A stretch of DNA of 64,000 bases from Candidatus Omnitrophota bacterium (GTDB lineage: Bacteria > Omnitrophota > Gorgyraeia > Zapsychrales > JAHFFX01): contig JAHFFW010000008.1 in the NCBI GenBank assembly GCA_023247725.1, positions 7,359-71,358 on the forward strand, written 5' to 3'. Positions 30,684-41,195 of the stretch are shown piece after piece. Made by a program: the position numbers and the translations under genes. The notes beneath the pieces are model-generated. The model was not told where the DNA came from. It made no database searches and worked only from the letters and a program-made list of their open reading frames with translations. How positions within the stretch are numbered: the stretch's first letter is position 1; each line of letters starts with the position of its first letter.

Positions 30684-31850
30684 ATGGCCACGCGACTAAA
30701 GCGGACGATTGTTGTTTTGTGGATCGGTATTCTTTTTGGAATTTTATGGATGTCTCGCTCCACCCATGCCTCTGCCTCCATTGTGCGGGTGGCGGTCGTC
30801 CTCGAACAGTCCAATTTTTCTTTGAGCGTCCGGGAAAAATTTGAGATTCGTAATTCTGGTTCCGGAGGGATGATTTTTTTAGGTCAAAATTTGAATGAAT
30901 CTGTGGTGACTTGCGGTCCGAAGGGAATCCACGTTGGGGAACATGGCTTTCCCGTAACGCGCCTGCGGATTGTCCCCCGTCGGGATGCATCCATCTCGAT
31001 TGGCAAACGACGGCTGCGAGGGGATTTGGAAGTGGTCTGCGGCCAGCATGGTTTGGTCACGGCGGTCAATGCGATCGAGCTGGAAGATTACGTCAAGGGG
31101 GTTCTGTATCACGAGGTTTCGAATCGCTGGCCTTTGGAGGCGATCAAGGCGCAAGCCGTTTGCACGAGGACGTATGCCCTTTTTCGGATGCGCAGTAAAA
31201 AAAGAGGCGACTATGATGTCACCAGTGATATTTATTCCCAAGTCTATGGGGGCCGAAACTCGGAAAAATACCGCACAACGATGGCAGCCAACCGCACGAA
31301 AGGGCTCGTCATGGTCTATGGGACCCAAATCCTGCCGGCCTACTTTCATTCTGTATGCGGCGGACATACGGAGGACGCGAGCGAGCTGTGGGGACATGAC
31401 CTTCTTCCCTTAAAAGGTGTCCCCTGTTCCTTTTGCCGGACGAGCCCGCACTATGCTTGGAAAAAAAATTTCCGGTCCAAGGATGTGCAGGACAAGCTCA
31501 ATGCCAATGGTTACAAACTCGGACTCATCAAAGCCATGGAAGTGGTTGACCGCAACATTAGCGGAAGGATCCGGAGACTGAAAATCACGACTCGCGACGG
31601 CAAAGAGGTCTTTATTTCCGGAAAGGATTTCCGCAATATCATTGGACCTAATGAGGTTCGCAGCAACAATTTCGAAATTGAGATGAAAGGATATTATTTC
31701 GATCTCACTGGCAAAGGGTGGGGGCATGGCGTCGGGATGTGCCAGTGGGGGGCCAACGAAATGGCCAGGCAGCGCAAGAAGTTCGAGGCTATTCTGCAGT
31801 ATTACTATCCCGGGGTCGATATCGTGAATATGGAACAAATCAATGATTAA
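30684..31850 (+). CDS. SpoIID/LytB-domain protein (peptidoglycan lytic transglycosylase-like)
   Basis: N-terminal TM, and the SpoIID motif YFHSVCGGHTEDASELWG. Confidence 0.8.
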   Translation: MATRLKRTIVVLWIGILFGILWMSRSTHASASIVRVAVVLEQSNFSLSVREKFEIRNSGSGGMIFLGQNLNESVVTCGPKGIHVGEHGFPVTRLRIVPRRDASISIGKRRLRGDLEVVCGQHGLVTAVNAIELEDYVKGVLYHEVSNRWPLEAIKAQAVCTRTYALFRMRSKKRGDYDVTSDIYSQVYGGRNSEKYRTTMAANRTKGLVMVYGTQILPAYFHSVCGGHTEDASELWGHDLLPLKGVPCSFCRTSPHYAWKKNFRSKDVQDKLNANGYKLGLIKAMEVVDRNISGRIRRLKITTRDGKEVFISGKDFRNIIGPNEVRSNNFEIEMKGYYFDLTGKGWGHGVGMCQWGANEMARQRKKFEAILQYYYPGVDIVNMEQIND

Positions 31851-31861
31851 GGAAGGCAGCC

Positions 31862-32869
31862 ATGCAGCTGGATGATTTGTCCTATGACCTACCGGCAGAG
31901 AGGATTGCCCAATTCCCTTTGCCCGAACGGGCCGATTCCCGGCTTTTGGTCGTGGAGCGGCATTCAGAGACGATCTCGCATGATTCCTTTTTTCGGCTGG
32001 GAAAATATTTGCCAGCGCACAGCATCCTCGTCATCAACAACAGCAAGGTCATCCCGGCCCGTCTCTGGGGTCGTCGCGCCACCGGCGGCCGGGTGGAGAT
32101 TCTTCTTTTGCGCAAGCGCAACGAAGGCGAAGGTTATGAAGCGCTTTTTAGACCACTGAACCGTTTACAGAATGGCGAAACCATTGCCATTGACGAAAGT
32201 GATCTGCGCGCCGAGGTTGTGGATTGCCAAAGAAGGATTGTTCAGTTTAATAAAACGGATATCACGAGTGACCTCGAACGCATCGGGCACATGCCTTTGC
32301 CGCCTTATATCAAACGTCTGGATGAGCCACTTGATCGGCAACGGTATCAAACCGTTTACGCGAAAAATTATGGAGCCGTGGCGGCTCCGACGGCAGGTTT
32401 GCATTTTACGCCCGAGCTTTTGTCCGAATTAAAAAAGTCCGGGCATTCGTTGGTGGAGGTGACGCTGCATGTCAATTATGCCACCTTTGCGCCTGTGAAA
32501 GAAAAAGATCCGACGCGGCACGTGATGCATGAAGAAGAATATGCGGTCTCATCGTCGGCACAGCAGGAATTGACCAAGGCGAAGCAAAGCGGACGAAGAA
32601 TTGTGGCCGTGGGAACAACCAGCTGCCGGGTTCTGGAAACGGTGGCCGCGAGGGGGCCATGGGAAGGTCGAACAAATTTGTTCATTTGTCCTGGATATCG
32701 ATTCCTTGAGACCGATATTCTTCTGACGAATTTTCATCGACCCTTGAGCACGCTGCTCATGCTGGTTTATGCATTTGGCGGAATCGGCCTCATCCGCCGC
32801 GCGTATGAGGAAGCGATCAAGGAGAACTATCGTTTTTTTAGCTACGGCGATGCGATGTTGATTTTATAG
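31862..32869 (+). CDS. queA: S-adenosylmethionine:tRNA ribosyltransferase-isomerase
   Basis: MQLDDLSYDLPAERIAQFPLPERADSRLLV is the canonical QueA N-terminus. Confidence 0.93.
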   Translation: MQLDDLSYDLPAERIAQFPLPERADSRLLVVERHSETISHDSFFRLGKYLPAHSILVINNSKVIPARLWGRRATGGRVEILLLRKRNEGEGYEALFRPLNRLQNGETIAIDESDLRAEVVDCQRRIVQFNKTDITSDLERIGHMPLPPYIKRLDEPLDRQRYQTVYAKNYGAVAAPTAGLHFTPELLSELKKSGHSLVEVTLHVNYATFAPVKEKDPTRHVMHEEEYAVSSSAQQELTKAKQSGRRIVAVGTTSCRVLETVAARGPWEGRTNLFICPGYRFLETDILLTNFHRPLSTLLMLVYAFGGIGLIRRAYEEAIKENYRFFSYGDAMLIL

Positions 32870-32900
32870 AGAAAGGATAAGCTAAAAGTTTTTACCCTAA

Positions 32901-34796
32901 ATGAAACGTCAAGAAATTTTACTCACCATCGCCATTGCCTTATTGGCCGTTTATATCCGATCGAATTTTTCCATTGGTCCTAGGGGAGGACACAGAGCCC
33001 CATTCCCATCGAGTTTGGAAATCGCGCAAGAGATGGTGGCGCAGGGTTGGAATCTGGAAACGCAGGGCAAGCTTCCGGAAGCCCTCTTACTTTACAATCA
33101 GGCGACGGTCGTGGACTCGCATTGTGCGCCGGCGTATGAACATCGCGCCATGCTCTCCGCCCGGCAAGGGGCCTTTAAGACAGCCTTGAATGAATTTGCC
33201 AAGGCCATCGAACTGGCGCCGAGGGAGGCTTCCGGCTATGTGCAGCGGGGAAAACTTTATTTTGGCATGGGCAATAACGAATTGGCGGCGGCTGATTTCA
33301 CGAAGGCGATGGAATTAAATCCCCGTGAGGCGCAGGCGATTCATTATTTGGCTCTGACCTATGCGGCTCAAAATAAAAATAAGGAATCCCTGGAACAATA
33401 TGATCGGTATCTGAGTTTAGCTCCGACGGACAATCAGGCCTACCGCGAGCGGGCGCGTCTGCATTGGGTTCTGGGTCATTCGCAAGACTCTTTAGCCGAT
33501 TATACCCATGCGATTGCGTTGAATCCCAAAGATCAGGAGGCTTATGAGGAGCGCATCCGAATTCTTCTTGCGCAAAAAAAATTTACCAAGGCCTTAGAAG
33601 ACTATTCAACGCTGATGGAATTGGATCCTGCGAATATGCGTTATCTCGCTAAGCGCATTCAGGTTTATGAAGAGTTGGGCAAGCCCGATCTAGCGCAAAA
33701 AGATCGGGAATTGATTCGGGCCAAAGACCCCGGCTTCTATAAAAATTGGTTGTTGCACCAAGGCGCGATCGAGCTCTCCATCGGGGATTGGGACAAAGCC
33801 CAGAAAGATTTCGATGAGGCGATTGCGATGGATCCCAACGGCCCTGCCCTTTATGAACAGAGGGGCAGGCTTGATGTTTTCAAAAAGGATTTTATTTTAG
33901 CGTTAGCCGATTTGGATAAGGCCGTCGAGCTTAATTCCAAGGATCCTTCTGTGTACAATTTCCGCGCCATGATCCACGCGCAAAAAAAAGATTGGGATCT
34001 CGCCTTGCGGGATTTGAATCAGGCGCTTATTCTTAATCCGCGCTACGCCAACGGTTATATGAATCGAGCCCGGATTTATTTAGAGAAGGGGGAATATGAA
34101 AGAAGTTGGAGTGATGTGGCGCAAGTCCGAACGCTGGGCGCAGCCCTCGACGAACAATTCCTGCAGAACTTACAAGAGAAATCCGGCCAAAAGGATTCTG
34201 GGCGTGAGCCGTTGTCGTCCGCCTCGGATGCGGGGCGTTCGTCAGATTCGTTCTTCAATGAAATTCGACTGGGTCAGAACAATGAGCCAGATTCGCTTTT
34301 CTCGACATGGAAAACGATTCATGTTCATCCGCCGGCAGGATGGAAGAAAGAAACAAAGGTGAACTATCCAGGCGGCCAAGCCCTTCTGCAGTACAGCAGA
34401 TCGGCGCAGCAGGCAATCCCCCGTATTTTGCTCAGCGTAAGCGAATTTCCCCACGGGATGTCTTCGATCCAAGAATATGCTCAGACCGTCAAGGAATTTA
34501 TGCAGGAAAATTCTCCTTCCGAGGCCAAGGTTACTATCAGTGAGCCGAAACTGGAAAATCGGGCGGGGCGCAATGTCGCGTACCTGGAATTTTTCAGTGA
34601 AGGCCATAACGGCATCAAGTACCGATTTGCCTGGTATCAGATTCCATTTGAGAAGGTGATTCTGACGGTGCAGTACCACAATACGGATTATCAATTTCCG
34701 GAAGATTTTTTGGCTTTTCAACGGTTGGTCGACTCTTTAGAATTTCAAGAAAGAGATGTCAACGCCGCGGCCCCTGACTTTAAAAAAGGAAATTGA
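32901..34796 (+). CDS. TPR-repeat protein with signal/anchor N-terminus and a non-TPR C-terminal domain
   Basis: About ten tandem 34-aa TPR units (AxxYxxRAxxxxxxG pattern). Inserted between queA and tgt. Confidence 0.7.
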   Translation: MKRQEILLTIAIALLAVYIRSNFSIGPRGGHRAPFPSSLEIAQEMVAQGWNLETQGKLPEALLLYNQATVVDSHCAPAYEHRAMLSARQGAFKTALNEFAKAIELAPREASGYVQRGKLYFGMGNNELAAADFTKAMELNPREAQAIHYLALTYAAQNKNKESLEQYDRYLSLAPTDNQAYRERARLHWVLGHSQDSLADYTHAIALNPKDQEAYEERIRILLAQKKFTKALEDYSTLMELDPANMRYLAKRIQVYEELGKPDLAQKDRELIRAKDPGFYKNWLLHQGAIELSIGDWDKAQKDFDEAIAMDPNGPALYEQRGRLDVFKKDFILALADLDKAVELNSKDPSVYNFRAMIHAQKKDWDLALRDLNQALILNPRYANGYMNRARIYLEKGEYERSWSDVAQVRTLGAALDEQFLQNLQEKSGQKDSGREPLSSASDAGRSSDSFFNEIRLGQNNEPDSLFSTWKTIHVHPPAGWKKETKVNYPGGQALLQYSRSAQQAIPRILLSVSEFPHGMSSIQEYAQTVKEFMQENSPSEAKVTISEPKLENRAGRNVAYLEFFSEGHNGIKYRFAWYQIPFEKVILTVQYHNTDYQFPEDFLAFQRLVDSLEFQERDVNAAAPDFKKGN

Positions 34797-35959
34797 TGAA
34801 GCCAATTCTCAAGACAGGCTCAAATTCTTTTCAATTATTGGCCAAGGATCGCGAGACCCTGGCCCGACGGGGAATCCTGCGTACGGCCCACGGTGACATT
34901 CAGACGCCTTTTTTTATGCCGGTCGGCACCAATGGCACCGTTAAGACGCTTTCCTCGGAAGATTTGCAGGAGATGCATTCCCCCATTGTTTTGTCGAATA
35001 CGTATCACTTATTTATTCGGCCAGGGACTGCGGTGATCAAAAAAGCGGGAGACCTGCATTCGTTTATGAATTGGCATAAACCTATTTTGACCGATTCCGG
35101 GGGCTATCAAGTTTTTTCTTTGGCCCCATTACGCAAAGTGACCGATGAGGGTGTGCAGTTCCAATCCCATTTCGACGGGAAAACCCATTTTTTGACTCCC
35201 GAAGAGGTGATCGCAATCGAAGGCATTCTCGGATCGGACATCATGATGCCGTTGGATGAATGCGCGCCGTATCCCTGCGAACCCGAACATGCGCAAGAAG
35301 CGTTGGAGCGAACGACGCGTTGGGCCCGGCGCTCGAAGGATTTTTTTTTGAGCAAAAAGATAGCTAAAGATCGCCAGTTATTATTTGGAATCATTCAAGG
35401 GTCTTCTTTTAAGGAATTGCGCGAGCAGTCGGCAAAAGCGATTGTCGAAATCGGTTTTGATGGATATGCCGTCGGTGGCGTGAGTGTCGGCGAACCGGTT
35501 TCGCTCATGTTTGAAACCCTCGCCTGGGTTGAGCCTTTGTTGCCGGAAGCACAACCGCGTTATTTCATGGGGATTGGTTATCCGGATCAAATGGTCCGGG
35601 CCGTGGCCGCCGGCATGGATATGTTTGATACGGTCATCCCGACGCGCTTTGGTCGTAATGGAAGTGCCTTTACCAACTGCGGCCGATTGGCCATGCGTAA
35701 TGCCGAATACATTGAAGATTTTCATCCGCTCGACGAAGATTGCCGCTGCATTGTTTGCCAGAAATACACGCGCAGCTACATCCGGCACTTGTTGAACGCC
35801 GGAGAAATCCTGGGATTAAAATTGCTGGCCTATCACAATGTTTTCTTCTATATTCATTTGCTCGAGCGGATCCGTCAGGCGATCGAACAAGGGACATTCA
35901 AACAATTCCATGACAACTTTTTGGCGCATTTCAAACCGAATTCCGAGGGAGCATTGTAG
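34793..35959 (+). CDS. tgt: Queuine tRNA-ribosyltransferase
   Basis: GILRTAHGDIQTPFFMPVGT, catalytic Asp context DSGGYQ, and the zinc site CxCxxC...H. Confidence 0.93.
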   Translation: MMKPILKTGSNSFQLLAKDRETLARRGILRTAHGDIQTPFFMPVGTNGTVKTLSSEDLQEMHSPIVLSNTYHLFIRPGTAVIKKAGDLHSFMNWHKPILTDSGGYQVFSLAPLRKVTDEGVQFQSHFDGKTHFLTPEEVIAIEGILGSDIMMPLDECAPYPCEPEHAQEALERTTRWARRSKDFFLSKKIAKDRQLLFGIIQGSSFKELREQSAKAIVEIGFDGYAVGGVSVGEPVSLMFETLAWVEPLLPEAQPRYFMGIGYPDQMVRAVAAGMDMFDTVIPTRFGRNGSAFTNCGRLAMRNAEYIEDFHPLDEDCRCIVCQKYTRSYIRHLLNAGEILGLKLLAYHNVFFYIHLLERIRQAIEQGTFKQFHDNFLAHFKPNSEGAL

Positions 35960-35973
35960 CGTGAAGATCAAAT

Positions 35974-36019
35974 GGCAATCCGGTCATCCGGGTCATTATT
36001 TCCGGATGACCGGATTGCC
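35974..36019 (+). terminator. Perfect 18-bp inverted repeat hairpin after tgt (GGCAATCCGGTCATCCGG / CCGGATGACCGGATTGCC, 10-nt loop); terminator-like with a weak U-tract
   Basis: Read directly from the sequence. Confidence 0.5.
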
Positions 36020-36062
36020 TGATAACCAGTAATTTATTTCCATTTTCTTAGCTTAAGTCCCT

Positions 36063-36788
36063 ATGCTACGATTCGATATCATCACCATTTTCCCAACGAT
36101 GTTTGCCTCCGTTCTTAATGACTCCATCGTCGGACGGGCCCAGGCTAAAAAAAAGATTTCTATCGGTGTCCATAACCTGTGGGATTTTACGACGGATCCG
36201 TATCGCCAGGTCGATGACCGTCCTTTTGGCGGAGGGCCGGGGATGGTGTTGATGTGCGAGCCCATTTTCCGGGCCGTGGAGAAAATCCGCGGACGAAAAA
36301 AGCAAGCCCGGGTGATCCTCCTTTGCCCGACGGGAAAAACTCTGACTCAAGCCCTTGCCAAGAAGCTGGCCAAGAGAAAACACCTCATCCTCATTTGCGG
36401 TCATTATGAAGGCGTGGATGAGCGGGTCAGGGAGAAACTGGTTGATGAAAGCATTTCCATCGGCGATTATGTTTTGACCGGCGGGGAATTGCCGGCGATG
36501 GTTTTGGTTGATTGTTTGTCTCGTCTGGTTCCGGGTGTTTTAGGCAGAAGAGAATCACTCTTGTGCGAATCCTTTGAATCCAACCAGCTGGAGTATCCTC
36601 AGTACACCCGTCCGGCAAATTTTCATGGAATGAAAATTCCAAATGTGTTATTATCGGGTCATCATCAACAGATTGAAACGTGGCGAAAACAACAGTCCCT
36701 CGCCCGCACGAAAAAACTCCGTCCGGATTTGCTGAAAATCCCACTCAATCAATCCAATTCGCAAAGGTTTAAGAAGACTCGGGGGTAA
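36063..36788 (+). CDS. trmD: tRNA (guanine37-N1)-methyltransferase
   Basis: [15 protein letters not shown]-terminus and the SPOUT knot motifs. Confidence 0.93.
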   Translation: MLRFDIITIFPTMFASVLNDSIVGRAQAKKKISIGVHNLWDFTTDPYRQVDDRPFGGGPGMVLMCEPIFRAVEKIRGRKKQARVILLCPTGKTLTQALAKKLAKRKHLILICGHYEGVDERVREKLVDESISIGDYVLTGGELPAMVLVDCLSRLVPGVLGRRESLLCESFESNQLEYPQYTRPANFHGMKIPNVLLSGHHQQIETWRKQQSLARTKKLRPDLLKIPLNQSNSQRFKKTRG

Positions 36789-36792
36789 TGAT

Positions 36793-37158
36793 ATGGCTTT
36801 GAGCGCACAGGAGAAAATCAAATTGATGGAAGAAAAATATGCCCGCAAGGAGTTGCCGGAATTTAATGTCGGCGACACCGTGGCGATGCGGATCAAGGTC
36901 GCCGAAGCGGACAAGGTGAGGCTGCACCCTTTTGAAGGGACGGTCATCAAAAAGACCAGCCGCGGTTTGAAAGGGACATTCACCGTGCGCAAAGTTTCCT
37001 TTGGCGAAGGCGTCGAAAGAGTTTTTCCCCTGCATTCTCCCGTCATCGAGAGCCTCAAAGTCGTCAGCAAAGGCAAGGTCAATCGCGCCAAACTTTACTA
37101 CCTGCGCAAGATGGTCGGCAAGCAATCCAAAGTTAAACAGGATCAAGCGGCACAATAA
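36793..37158 (+). CDS. rplS: 50S ribosomal protein L19
   Basis: [22 protein letters not shown]...RAKLYYLR. Confidence 0.95.
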   Translation: MALSAQEKIKLMEEKYARKELPEFNVGDTVAMRIKVAEADKVRLHPFEGTVIKKTSRGLKGTFTVRKVSFGEGVERVFPLHSPVIESLKVVSKGKVNRAKLYYLRKMVGKQSKVKQDQAAQ

Positions 37159-37159
37159 C

Positions 37160-37924
37160 ATGACGGCTGCAAAGCTCGTCGGCAAAAAATCGGTGAAATT
37201 AAGGCCCGGCAGCCTCAATGGCCGCCGAGGCTTTCGTTTTGAAAAGGCAGCCCAAGAAAATGGTTTTCACTTCATTGTGGGTATTGATGAGTCCGGCCGC
37301 GGACCCTTGGCCGGGCCGGTCGTGGCGGCTGCCGTTCTTCTTTATGATCACGAGTTTTGCGAGCTTATTCGCAATTCCAAACGGCTTTCTGCGGAACAGC
37401 GGGAAGTCGCCTTTCATGAGATTATGCACAAAGCGACCGTAGGTGTTGGTGTGGTCTCGGAGACGGTCATCGATTCGATCAATATCCTGCGGGCTTCCTA
37501 CCATGCCATGGTGGTTGCGGTCACCCAACTCATTGGGCGAATGCCCGCCCAAATTACTGGCCAACCCGACTTTGAACAAAAGGTGCATTTATTGGTCGAT
37601 GGAAATTCTTTTAAGTCGGATCTGCCCTATTCCTATAAAACGATCATTGATGGCGATAACCTATGCCTTTCGATTGCCTGCGCTTCGATTGTGGCCAAAG
37701 TGATCCGCGATCGGATTCTCCATACGTACGATTGTATTTTTCCCCATTGGGGTTTTGCCAAGCACAAGGGTTACGCAACAAAAGAGCATCGAGCGGCCAT
37801 CAAAAAGTTTGGCGTGGCTCCCATTCACCGCCACTCATTTCTCCGCCTCATCAATTCTAAAGTTGAGTCTCCTCGATTGCAGGAGGAGCTTTTAGTCCGT
37901 GCTCTCGAATACGCAAGAAGGTGA
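37160..37924 (+). CDS. rnhB: Ribonuclease HII
   Basis: VGIDESGRGPLAGPVVAAAV is the RNase HII active-site N-terminus. Start at the internal ATG 37160. Confidence 0.92.
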   Translation: MTAAKLVGKKSVKLRPGSLNGRRGFRFEKAAQENGFHFIVGIDESGRGPLAGPVVAAAVLLYDHEFCELIRNSKRLSAEQREVAFHEIMHKATVGVGVVSETVIDSINILRASYHAMVVAVTQLIGRMPAQITGQPDFEQKVHLLVDGNSFKSDLPYSYKTIIDGDNLCLSIACASIVAKVIRDRILHTYDCIFPHWGFAKHKGYATKEHRAAIKKFGVAPIHRHSFLRLINSKVESPRLQEELLVRALEYARR

Positions 37925-37969
37925 TGGGATGAATAGAGCCCCCGGCGGGTTGCTTAAAACGCACACCGA

Positions 37970-38347
37970 TTGATGACGCAATATTTCAAGACTGTCCTTG
38001 GCCACCGAGGAGAAACCCTGGCCTGCACCTATTTGCAGAAACAGGGTTACCGCATCCTGGAACGTAACGTCCGAACGCGATTGGGAGAGATTGATATCGT
38101 TGCGGTTCATCAAGGGACGATCTGTTTTATCGAGGTCAGGACCCGGCATAATTTGGATAAAGGCCATCCCTTGGAATCGTTATCCTTTTTAAAGCGGCGC
38201 AAATTAACCCAGCTGGTTTGGTGGTATTTGAAATCGCGCGGATGGCAGGAAAGAAAGGTACGGTTGGATGCCGTCGGTATCCTTTGGCCGGCGCAGGGCA
38301 AACCTATGGTAGAGCTCATCCAGAATGCCTTCGAAGTTTCTTCGTGA
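37970..38347 (+). CDS. yraN: YraN-family (UPF0102) endonuclease
   Basis: GEIDIVA...FIEVRTR motif and the trmD-rplS-rnhB-yraN synteny. Confidence 0.85.
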   Translation: MMTQYFKTVLGHRGETLACTYLQKQGYRILERNVRTRLGEIDIVAVHQGTICFIEVRTRHNLDKGHPLESLSFLKRRKLTQLVWWYLKSRGWQERKVRLDAVGILWPAQGKPMVELIQNAFEVSS

Positions 38348-38497
38348 TCCATTGGAATCTGCTGGCTACGCCGACAAAATTTTGGCGCTTTCATTGAAAT
38401 GAAAAAGACTTTAGGTTATGATAATCCCATCTTTCCAAATTTTCGACGTAGGACTTGATTTCTTGCCACTTGAATTCATTCATCCACCGTTTTTTGC

Positions 38498-38983
38498 ATG
38501 AACAAATTCCAGCATCACACCCTCAAAGAATACCTGACACAACTATCACGGAAAGTTCCAGTCCCCGGCGGGGGATCGGCGGCAGCCCTTTGCGGGGCTT
38601 TAGGCGCAGCTTTATTATCCATGGTGGCCCAGTATTCCCTGGGAAGAAATTCTTCGGTAGCTCAAGAAAAAAAAATGCAGGATGCTTTAAGTCAAAGTGA
38701 ACGCCTGCGCCACCGCCTGACCACCCTCGTGGACTTAGATGCCCAGGCCTACAGGCGGGTTGTAAAATCCCGGGGCGCATCCCTGGCCCGGCGGCAAAGG
38801 GCGCTCAAAAAAGCCAGGGAAGTCCCTTTAGAGATCTGCGAACGTTGTTATCAGGCGGCGAACCTCGCCCCTTTTTTGGTCCAATCGGGAAACCCCTCTT
38901 TGCTCAGCGATGTGGAGGTGGCCATGGAACTATTGTGGGCGGCGTTTCGCGCTGCCAAGATCAATGTCGAGATCAATCAATGA
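38498..38983 (+). CDS. Cyclodeaminase/cyclohydrolase-family protein (FTCD C-terminal-like; methenyl-THF cyclohydrolase-like)
   Basis: PGGGSAAALCGALGAALLSMVA motif. Adjacent to and overlapping folD. Confidence 0.75.
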   Translation: MNKFQHHTLKEYLTQLSRKVPVPGGGSAAALCGALGAALLSMVAQYSLGRNSSVAQEKKMQDALSQSERLRHRLTTLVDLDAQAYRRVVKSRGASLARRQRALKKAREVPLEICERCYQAANLAPFLVQSGNPSLLSDVEVAMELLWAAFRAAKINVEINQ

Positions 38984-39888
38984 AAATTCCGGAATCCACG
39001 TCTCAATCTGAATCGGGCTTCGCCGCTCCCGCCAAACTCCTCGACGGAAAATTGTTGAGCGCCCAGCTTAAAGAACAATTAAAAAAAGAATTGTCGGATC
39101 TGAGGGAGCGTTTTGGTCACGTCCCGGCCCTCGTCAATATCATGATCGGAGAGCCGGCGTCCTCCTGCGCGTATGCCAGCTCCCAAAAAAAAGTCGCTGG
39201 CGAAATTGGCATCGAATACCGATTGACCAGTCTGCCTCTGGAGATTTCCCAGCGCGATCTGATTGCGTACATTGAAAAACTCAATAAAGATCCCCATATT
39301 CACGGCATCATGCTGCACAAGCCGGTTCCCAAACAAATTGATTACCGCCTGGTGGCCAATCATGTCGACCCCGCGAAAGATTTAGAAGGCATCAACGTCG
39401 AGAACATTGGCAAAATGATTCTGGGAGAAACCCGGATCATCCCTTGCACGCCGGCGGCGGTCATGGAACACATCAAATCCAGCGGCATCAATATTCGGGG
39501 AAAAGAAGCGGTGGTGGTTGGCCATAGCGAGATCGTGGGAAAACCGTTGAGTCTGTTGTTGCTGGAACAATATGCGACCGTCACCGTCTGTCATGTGGCC
39601 ACCCACGAGGCAGGAAAACTTCGGGAGCATGTGAGTCAGGCCGATATCCTGATTGTTGCCGTCGGAAAACCCGCCTTAATCAAAGGCGATTGGATTAAAA
39701 AAGGCAGCGTCGTCATTGACGTGGGGATTAACCGCGTGGGCGATCGCATCGAAGGGGATGTCGAATTCGAAAGCGCCCGCCGCAACGCCGCGTACATCAC
39801 CCCGGTTCCGGGAGGGGTTGGGCCGGTGACGGTTGTCATGTTGATGCGTAATGCCATTGAGGCATTTAAAATTCAGAATAGAAAGTAA
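38980..39888 (+). CDS. folD: Bifunctional methylenetetrahydrofolate dehydrogenase/cyclohydrolase
   Basis: HGIMLHKPVP..., GKxxVVVGxSxIVGKP, PVPGGVGPVTV. Confidence 0.93.
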   Translation: MKIPESTSQSESGFAAPAKLLDGKLLSAQLKEQLKKELSDLRERFGHVPALVNIMIGEPASSCAYASSQKKVAGEIGIEYRLTSLPLEISQRDLIAYIEKLNKDPHIHGIMLHKPVPKQIDYRLVANHVDPAKDLEGINVENIGKMILGETRIIPCTPAAVMEHIKSSGINIRGKEAVVVGHSEIVGKPLSLLLLEQYATVTVCHVATHEAGKLREHVSQADILIVAVGKPALIKGDWIKKGSVVIDVGINRVGDRIEGDVEFESARRNAAYITPVPGGVGPVTVVMLMRNAIEAFKIQNRK

Positions 39889-39893
39889 TCCTC

Positions 39894-41075
39894 ATGGACA
39901 GAATCATTTGTTTAGGAAACTCTTTGGCTGGAATGAAGGCGCTTGAACTCATTCGGGCCGCGCGACCAGAAAGTGAACTTTCGGTTCTCGCGACCGAAAA
40001 TGTTTTGCCCTATCATCCGGCGCGGTTGGCCGCCTGGGTGGCGAAACACATTCCGGAAGAAGACCTTTATTGTCAAACTCAGGATTTTTATAAGACCAAC
40101 CGGATTGAACTCATTTTTGAAAAAAGAATTGCCCGCATCAATTTCCGAAAAAATCAGATCGTGACCGAAGAGAAAGAAATCTTTCCCTTTGATATGCTGC
40201 TTTTATCCGATACACCGCAAGTGAAATTTTTTGACTTGAAGGGGGGCGGCAAAGCAGGAGTTTTTTCGGCGGGGCGATTATCCGATATAAAAAATCTCCT
40301 CAATTCCTTACCGGCGATCGATACCCTTATCATCCAGGTGAGCGATTGGGAAAGTCTCAGGCTTGCGGCTGCTTTATTGTCGACGGCAAAAGAGGTGGTG
40401 GTTCTGTGTCCCGGCGCGTCTTTTTTGCCGCAGGTTTTAGAGCCAGAATCTTCGCTCCTTTTGATGAAATTTCTCCAGGAAAAGGGAATGCGAATCTTGC
40501 CGGAGAATGAAGTGGTGGAAGTCTTGGGCGAAAACGATGTCAAAGCGGTGCGGCTCAAATCCAAAAAGGTTTTGGCGTGCGAGGCCTTGGTCCTCGGATC
40601 AGCCCGGCCGGATTTTCGTCTACTGGCGGATACGCCTTTACAAACGACGTTCGGCCTTACGGTGGATGAAAATTTCGTTACTTCTTTAAAGCATGTTTAT
40701 GCGTTCGACCGAATGATCTCACCAAAATCTGGCGAGGCTGGCGGTCGGTCCACCGATACCCTCGAGGAACAGGGCAAGATCATGGCTGCCGCCATTGGAA
40801 AAGCAGCGTATGCTTATCCTCCGATCATTTTTCAGGAGCTGATCCAATTGCCTGGATTGACGGCCGGTTTTTTGGGTGAGGTGAAATTGCCGTTGGGTGG
40901 ACAAATCCACCATCGTTTGGTCGAGGCTGACCGGAGTTATAAAAAAATCTTTTTGGATCGAGAGGGAATTTTGCGGGGAGCGATTCTCTTTAATGCCTTG
41001 AATTCAAAAGACCAGTGCCTGCAATGGCTGCGTCAAGGAGTCTGCGTTCTTGGCCGCGAACAGGAATTGCTTTAG
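39894..41075 (+). CDS. Hypothetical protein, distantly resembling pyridine-nucleotide-disulfide oxidoreductases but with a degenerate dinucleotide motif
   Basis: IICLGNSLAGMKA sits in place of GxGxxG, and the size matches. No confident family assignment. Confidence 0.45.
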   Translation: MDRIICLGNSLAGMKALELIRAARPESELSVLATENVLPYHPARLAAWVAKHIPEEDLYCQTQDFYKTNRIELIFEKRIARINFRKNQIVTEEKEIFPFDMLLLSDTPQVKFFDLKGGGKAGVFSAGRLSDIKNLLNSLPAIDTLIIQVSDWESLRLAAALLSTAKEVVVLCPGASFLPQVLEPESSLLLMKFLQEKGMRILPENEVVEVLGENDVKAVRLKSKKVLACEALVLGSARPDFRLLADTPLQTTFGLTVDENFVTSLKHVYAFDRMISPKSGEAGGRSTDTLEEQGKIMAAAIGKAAYAYPPIIFQELIQLPGLTAGFLGEVKLPLGGQIHHRLVEADRSYKKIFLDREGILRGAILFNALNSKDQCLQWLRQGVCVLGREQELL

Positions 41076-41195
41076 TGCGCCCTTGTCGTTGGGTGCGAAT
41101 TCCATCTCGTCAACGCGCAAGCCATTGCGCGAAGGCGGATGAAAATTTTTCTTGCCAAATAAAATAGAATGTATTATTCTACCCCCAACAAGAAG

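Noticed and set aside
41076-41168. Possible tRNA-like sequence (GGGTGCGAATTCCA resembles a T-loop)
   Set aside because: There is no cloverleaf: no D-arm, no anticodon arm, and no acceptor pairing or CCA context.
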